A DNA stretch of 64,000 nt, from the NCBI GenBank assembly GCA_965237955.1, contig OZ250169.1:6496001-6560000 (forward strand), given 5' to 3'. Both the position numbers and the translations under genes were made by a program. The notes below the pieces were generated by a model. It made no database searches. It was not told the DNA's origin and worked only from the letters and a program-made list of their open reading frames with translations. This document shows positions 60,500 to 64,000 of this stretch, piece by piece (position 1 is the first letter of the stretch; each line of letters begins with the position of its first letter). The DNA comes from Candidatus Marinacidobacterales bacterium. Its GTDB lineage: Bacteria > Acidobacteriota > Vicinamibacteria > Marinacidobacterales > SMYC01.

Positions 60500-60817
60500 A
60501 TGGCGAAGTTCGACGCGAAGTTCGACGAAGAGGAAGTGCGGAAGCTCGCCGAGCTCGCACACCTGACGCTAACCGACAACGAGCAAGCCAGCTTCGCGGG
60601 CCAGCTCGACGAGATCCTGGGCTACGCCGAGCGCATTCAGGCTCTCGACACCGAGGGTGTCTCCCCGACATCGCACGCCCTCCTCGAAGCCGGTCTCGAA
60701 GGAGGGTCGACACTTCGAGACGACGAGCCCAAGGAAAGCCTGGACCGTGACCGAGTGCTCGACGGCGCGCCGGATCCAGGAGCAGGACTCTTCAAAGTTC
60801 CCAAGGTGTTGCCTTGA
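60500..60817 (+). CDS. gatC: Asp/Glu-tRNA amidotransferase subunit C
   Basis: VRKLAELAHL, LDTEGVSPTSH, LRDD, FKVPKV. Confidence 0.92.
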   Translation: MAKFDAKFDEEEVRKLAELAHLTLTDNEQASFAGQLDEILGYAERIQALDTEGVSPTSHALLEAGLEGGSTLRDDEPKESLDRDRVLDGAPDPGAGLFKVPKVLP

Positions 60818-62280
60818 CGCTTTGGGAGCAATCAGTCGCCGAGATTACGACCAAGACTCGCAGCGGAGACCTTTCCGCCGAGGAAACGACACGCGCGTTC
60901 GCGGATCGCATCGAAGCGCTCGACCCCACCGTCGGCGCCTTTCTCGATCGGATGAGCGAACCGGCTCTCGCCCGCGCACGTGAGCTCGATGCGTTGCCCG
61001 CGGTTGAGCGTGGCCCGCTCCACGGGCTTCCTGTTGCGCTCAAAGACATCATCTCCGTTGCCGGGAGCCGATGCACGTGTGGTTCGCGCATTCTCGAGAA
61101 TTACGTGCCGGTCTATGACGCCACCGTCGTCGACCGCCTCTACGACGCCGGCGCGGTCATCCTCGGCAAAACCAACATGGACGAGTTTGCCATGGGGTCC
61201 TCGACCGAGAACTCGGCGTTTCATACGACGAAAAACCCATGGAATCTCGATTGCGTTCCCGGTGGATCGAGCGGCGGCTCCGCTGCCGCCGTCGCAGCTC
61301 GACTCGTTCCCGCAGCACTCGGAACCGACACCGGCGGCTCGATTCGCCAACCCGCAAGTCTGTGCGGCGTGACCGGACTCAAGCCCACCTACGGGCGCGT
61401 ATCGCGCTACGGCCTCGTCGCATTCGCCTCGTCGTTGGACCAGATCGGACCGCTGACCCACTCGGTGGAAGACACTGCATTGTTGCTGGAGGCGCTGGCA
61501 GGAGACGACGCGAACGACGCCACGTGCGCCACGAAACCCACATCGGCCTACTCGCAAGAGCTCGACGGCGACGTCCGACCGCTGCGCCTCGGAATCCCGA
61601 AAACCGCCACGAGCGAAGGCGTCGATTCCGACGTTAGCGCTGCCTTCAAAGCGGCGGTCGCAACGTTTGCGAGCCTCGGCATCGCCACCGAAGAGGTCGC
61701 GCTACCGGCGAGCGAGCACGCGGTTGCCTGCTACTACCTGCTCGCGACCGCCGAGGCGAGCTCGAACCTTGCTCGCTACGAAGGTGTGCGTTACGGCCTC
61801 AGGGTTTCAGCCGACAAAGGTCTCCGCGAGATGATGGCGGATACACGAGCCCAAGGCTTCGGGCCCGAGGTCAAGCGACGCATCCTTCTCGGCACGTTCG
61901 TCCTATCCGCCGGCTACTACGACGCGTACTATCAAAAGGCTCAGCGAGTGCGAAGTCTGATCGCTCGGGACTTCGAAAAAGCTTTCGAGCGCGTCGATGC
62001 CGTGCTATTGCCCACGAGCCCGACCCCAGCGTTCCGCATCGGCGACAAGGTGAACGATCCGCTATCGATGTATCTCACCGACATCTTCACCATCACCGCG
62101 AACTTGATCGGCGCGCCCGCCATAAGCCTACCCGCCGGCTTCGCGCGCGACGGCCTTCCCATCGGCGTCCAGCTCGTGGGAAAACACTTCGACGAGTCGA
62201 CCCTCCTACAGCTCGGTCACGCCTTTCAGAAAGCCACGGACTTCCACCAAAAGACGCCAGCGATCGCGACAACGTCGTAG
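60814..62280 (+). CDS. gatA: Asp/Glu-tRNA amidotransferase subunit A
   Basis: GKTNMDEFAMGSSTE, PGGSSGGS, GTDTGGSIRQP, EVKRRILLG, YYDAYY. Confidence 0.96.
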   Translation: MTLWEQSVAEITTKTRSGDLSAEETTRAFADRIEALDPTVGAFLDRMSEPALARARELDALPAVERGPLHGLPVALKDIISVAGSRCTCGSRILENYVPVYDATVVDRLYDAGAVILGKTNMDEFAMGSSTENSAFHTTKNPWNLDCVPGGSSGGSAAAVAARLVPAALGTDTGGSIRQPASLCGVTGLKPTYGRVSRYGLVAFASSLDQIGPLTHSVEDTALLLEALAGDDANDATCATKPTSAYSQELDGDVRPLRLGIPKTATSEGVDSDVSAAFKAAVATFASLGIATEEVALPASEHAVACYYLLATAEASSNLARYEGVRYGLRVSADKGLREMMADTRAQGFGPEVKRRILLGTFVLSAGYYDAYYQKAQRVRSLIARDFEKAFERVDAVLLPTSPTPAFRIGDKVNDPLSMYLTDIFTITANLIGAPAISLPAGFARDGLPIGVQLVGKHFDESTLLQLGHAFQKATDFHQKTPAIATTS

Positions 62281-62309
62281 CGTGCACGTCCTTCTTTAAG
62301 GATGGTCGC

Positions 62310-62470
62310 TTAGAGAAGCTCTTCGGCGCGCTCCGCGACGTCTCGTCGCCGCGCGACATACTCATCGAGGGCTCGTCGTATCGTCGCGGACAGGCTCATT
62401 TTCTCTTTCAACGCGATCCGTTTGAGCGAGTTCATGAGGCCGTCATCCGCGAAGATCGTAGTCGCTTCAT
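62310..62470 (-). pseudogene. CopG/ribbon-helix-helix antitoxin-like remnant
   Basis: ATG AAG CGA followed out of frame by TTIFADD..LSATIRRALDEYV..DVAERAEELL; no toxin gene follows. Confidence 0.55.
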
Positions 62471-62759
62471 GTCTACTACTATACGTATACATGCTGCTTA
62501 GTAATGCGGCAAAAAAGAGGACAGTCGCCCATGAGGCGGCGCCTCTTTTGCCACAGAGGCACAGCGCAGCGAAGCCGCAACCAACTCACGACGCCAGGGG
62601 CGTCTCGACCTGGATGGGCGGTCGGTCTGTGTAGTCGTCGCCTGGCCGGCGAACCACGGAGCCGCGCCGCAACGATTCGATAAGTTGGCGATGGGCGACC
62701 GGGGCCTCCGATGGGAACTCCGGGCACCCGGTTCGGAGCTGTCGTGCAACGGCGGTGTT

Positions 62760-63845
62760 TTAGGCAACTTTGTCCCGGCAAAGCTCGAGCGTGGGCTGAG
62801 GTTCGCAGACTCGGTCGGCCGAGCGCCGGTGCCGGTCCATCTTCTCCTTGCCGTAATCAAGCTCAGCCAGGTAGGCGTTGTGAGCGGCGCATAGCAGTCG
62901 AACGTTGTCCACGCTTCGGTCTCCATCTAACGCGTAGGGTTCGTCGTGGTGGAACTCGAGCCGGTGGCGCTCCCGGCAGCGTTTGCCCCGGGGGCTGATG
63001 AACGTACATTGACCCCGATCGCGCTTCCAGACGGCTCGTTTCACCGGGGCGGAGATGCCGCGCACGCCCGGTGATGTGTCAGCGTCTTCCAGGTTTTTTC
63101 TCGGCTTGTTCGTCTTGCCATATCGTTTGGCTTCGAGACGTTCGAGTTTCTCGCTCACGGCCGCGTCGATGATGGAAGCGAGGTCGTCGCCGGGCATGAG
63201 CGCTTGGAGCCGCTCGAGTTTGTCGCGGAGCTCCTCGCTCGCCGTGAACGCCACTTTGTAGCGCGCTGGTGACAGTGGTTTGACGGTTGCCGGCTTCTCA
63301 GCGGCCGGCTCTGACTTCGCTGCCTGAGCCTTTGGTTCAACTGTGTCTGGACACAGTTGGGTCGACGAGCTCAATTTCAATGGCTCGGACTTGGATTTAC
63401 GTTGTGGCCGCTTTCGAATCGTCGGAGCAACATCTGGCTTCGGCGCCAACTCGGCCACGAGCTCTTCGATCTCACGCTTAGTCCTGTGAGTGGCTCGATC
63501 CAAAACGTTTTCGTAGTTGGCGTCCGTTAGATGCTTTTTCAATACCGAGATACCGGCCAAGTGAATGCGTCCATCCTCGAGCATTTTTAGGAGCACAGGA
63601 TAGCTGCGGGAGAGACGAGCCGCCGCGATGCGTCGATAGGCTTCCGACTCTGACAAATGCAACACGTCAAGGCAGTATTGAAACATCGACGGCGACCCTT
63701 CACGCGCATAGAGTCGCCGCGCATCGACTTCGGCAATGTGTGCGACAAGAACCCACTCCACTCGTCGCGACTGCGCCAACACATTGGACAAACAACGAAG
63801 CAACTCGTCGTCGGAAAGTGATTTCAAATCGTCTTTGTCGTTCAT
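62760..63845 (-). CDS. HNH endonuclease-domain protein with a DUF222-like N-terminus
   Basis: HIAEVDARRLY, SESEAYRRI, VWKRDRGQCTF, LEFHH, NVRLLCAAHN. Confidence 0.82.
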   Translation of the reverse strand: MNDKDDLKSLSDDELLRCLSNVLAQSRRVEWVLVAHIAEVDARRLYAREGSPSMFQYCLDVLHLSESEAYRRIAAARLSRSYPVLLKMLEDGRIHLAGISVLKKHLTDANYENVLDRATHRTKREIEELVAELAPKPDVAPTIRKRPQRKSKSEPLKLSSSTQLCPDTVEPKAQAAKSEPAAEKPATVKPLSPARYKVAFTASEELRDKLERLQALMPGDDLASIIDAAVSEKLERLEAKRYGKTNKPRKNLEDADTSPGVRGISAPVKRAVWKRDRGQCTFISPRGKRCRERHRLEFHHDEPYALDGDRSVDNVRLLCAAHNAYLAELDYGKEKMDRHRRSADRVCEPQPTLELCRDKVA

Positions 63846-64000
63846 TTGTTTCTTATAGCATGGACTTTTTCGTCGCTCGCATTTCGCGTGTACGAAGCGC
63901 CGAGACGTCAACCCTCTTTCGAAGTCTCAACGACAAAGACAAGGCGACCACCGTTTCTCTAACGCACGTACAGCCGCACGACAGAGCGCACCTACCCTTT

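Overview
High-GC bacterial window. About 47 kb (1-47456) is a PEP-CTERM/exosortase-A (XrtA)-associated exopolysaccharide locus. It encodes Wza-like export, an OM beta-barrel, chain-length and tyrosine-kinase proteins, a PrsT-like TPR protein, glycosyltransferases, amidotransferases, XrtA, a FemAB-like protein, a deacetylase, WecB, an ACP/acyl-CoA ligase/PLP-decarboxylase trio, carAB next to an O-carbamoyltransferase, a priming sugar transferase, a nucleotide-sugar dehydrogenase and PrsK/PrsR. The locus is decaying: three near-identical IS630 copies, one ISL3, a 118-bp IS630-derived MITE, a 37-bp hairpin insertion with an 8-bp duplication, nonsense codons, frameshifts and a deletion disrupt key genes including xrtA and prsR. 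An apparently intact RiPP-like cassette lies inside it: a Tat-like, Trp-rich candidate precursor, a PqqD/RRE protein, an HprK-related kinase and a nucleotidyltransferase. Also notable are a promoter-plus-leader element shared by two EPS transcription units and a strand-specific structured region at the 5' end of the ISL3. The right-hand part holds a PHP hydrolase, HIT, a dehydrogenase, a queuosine-precursor transporter, an AsnB/radical-SAM/acyltransferase/epimerase operon, two paralogous lipoproteins, a GT2, gatCA, several gene remnants and an HNH protein. All family names come from recognising motifs by eye; no database search was run.
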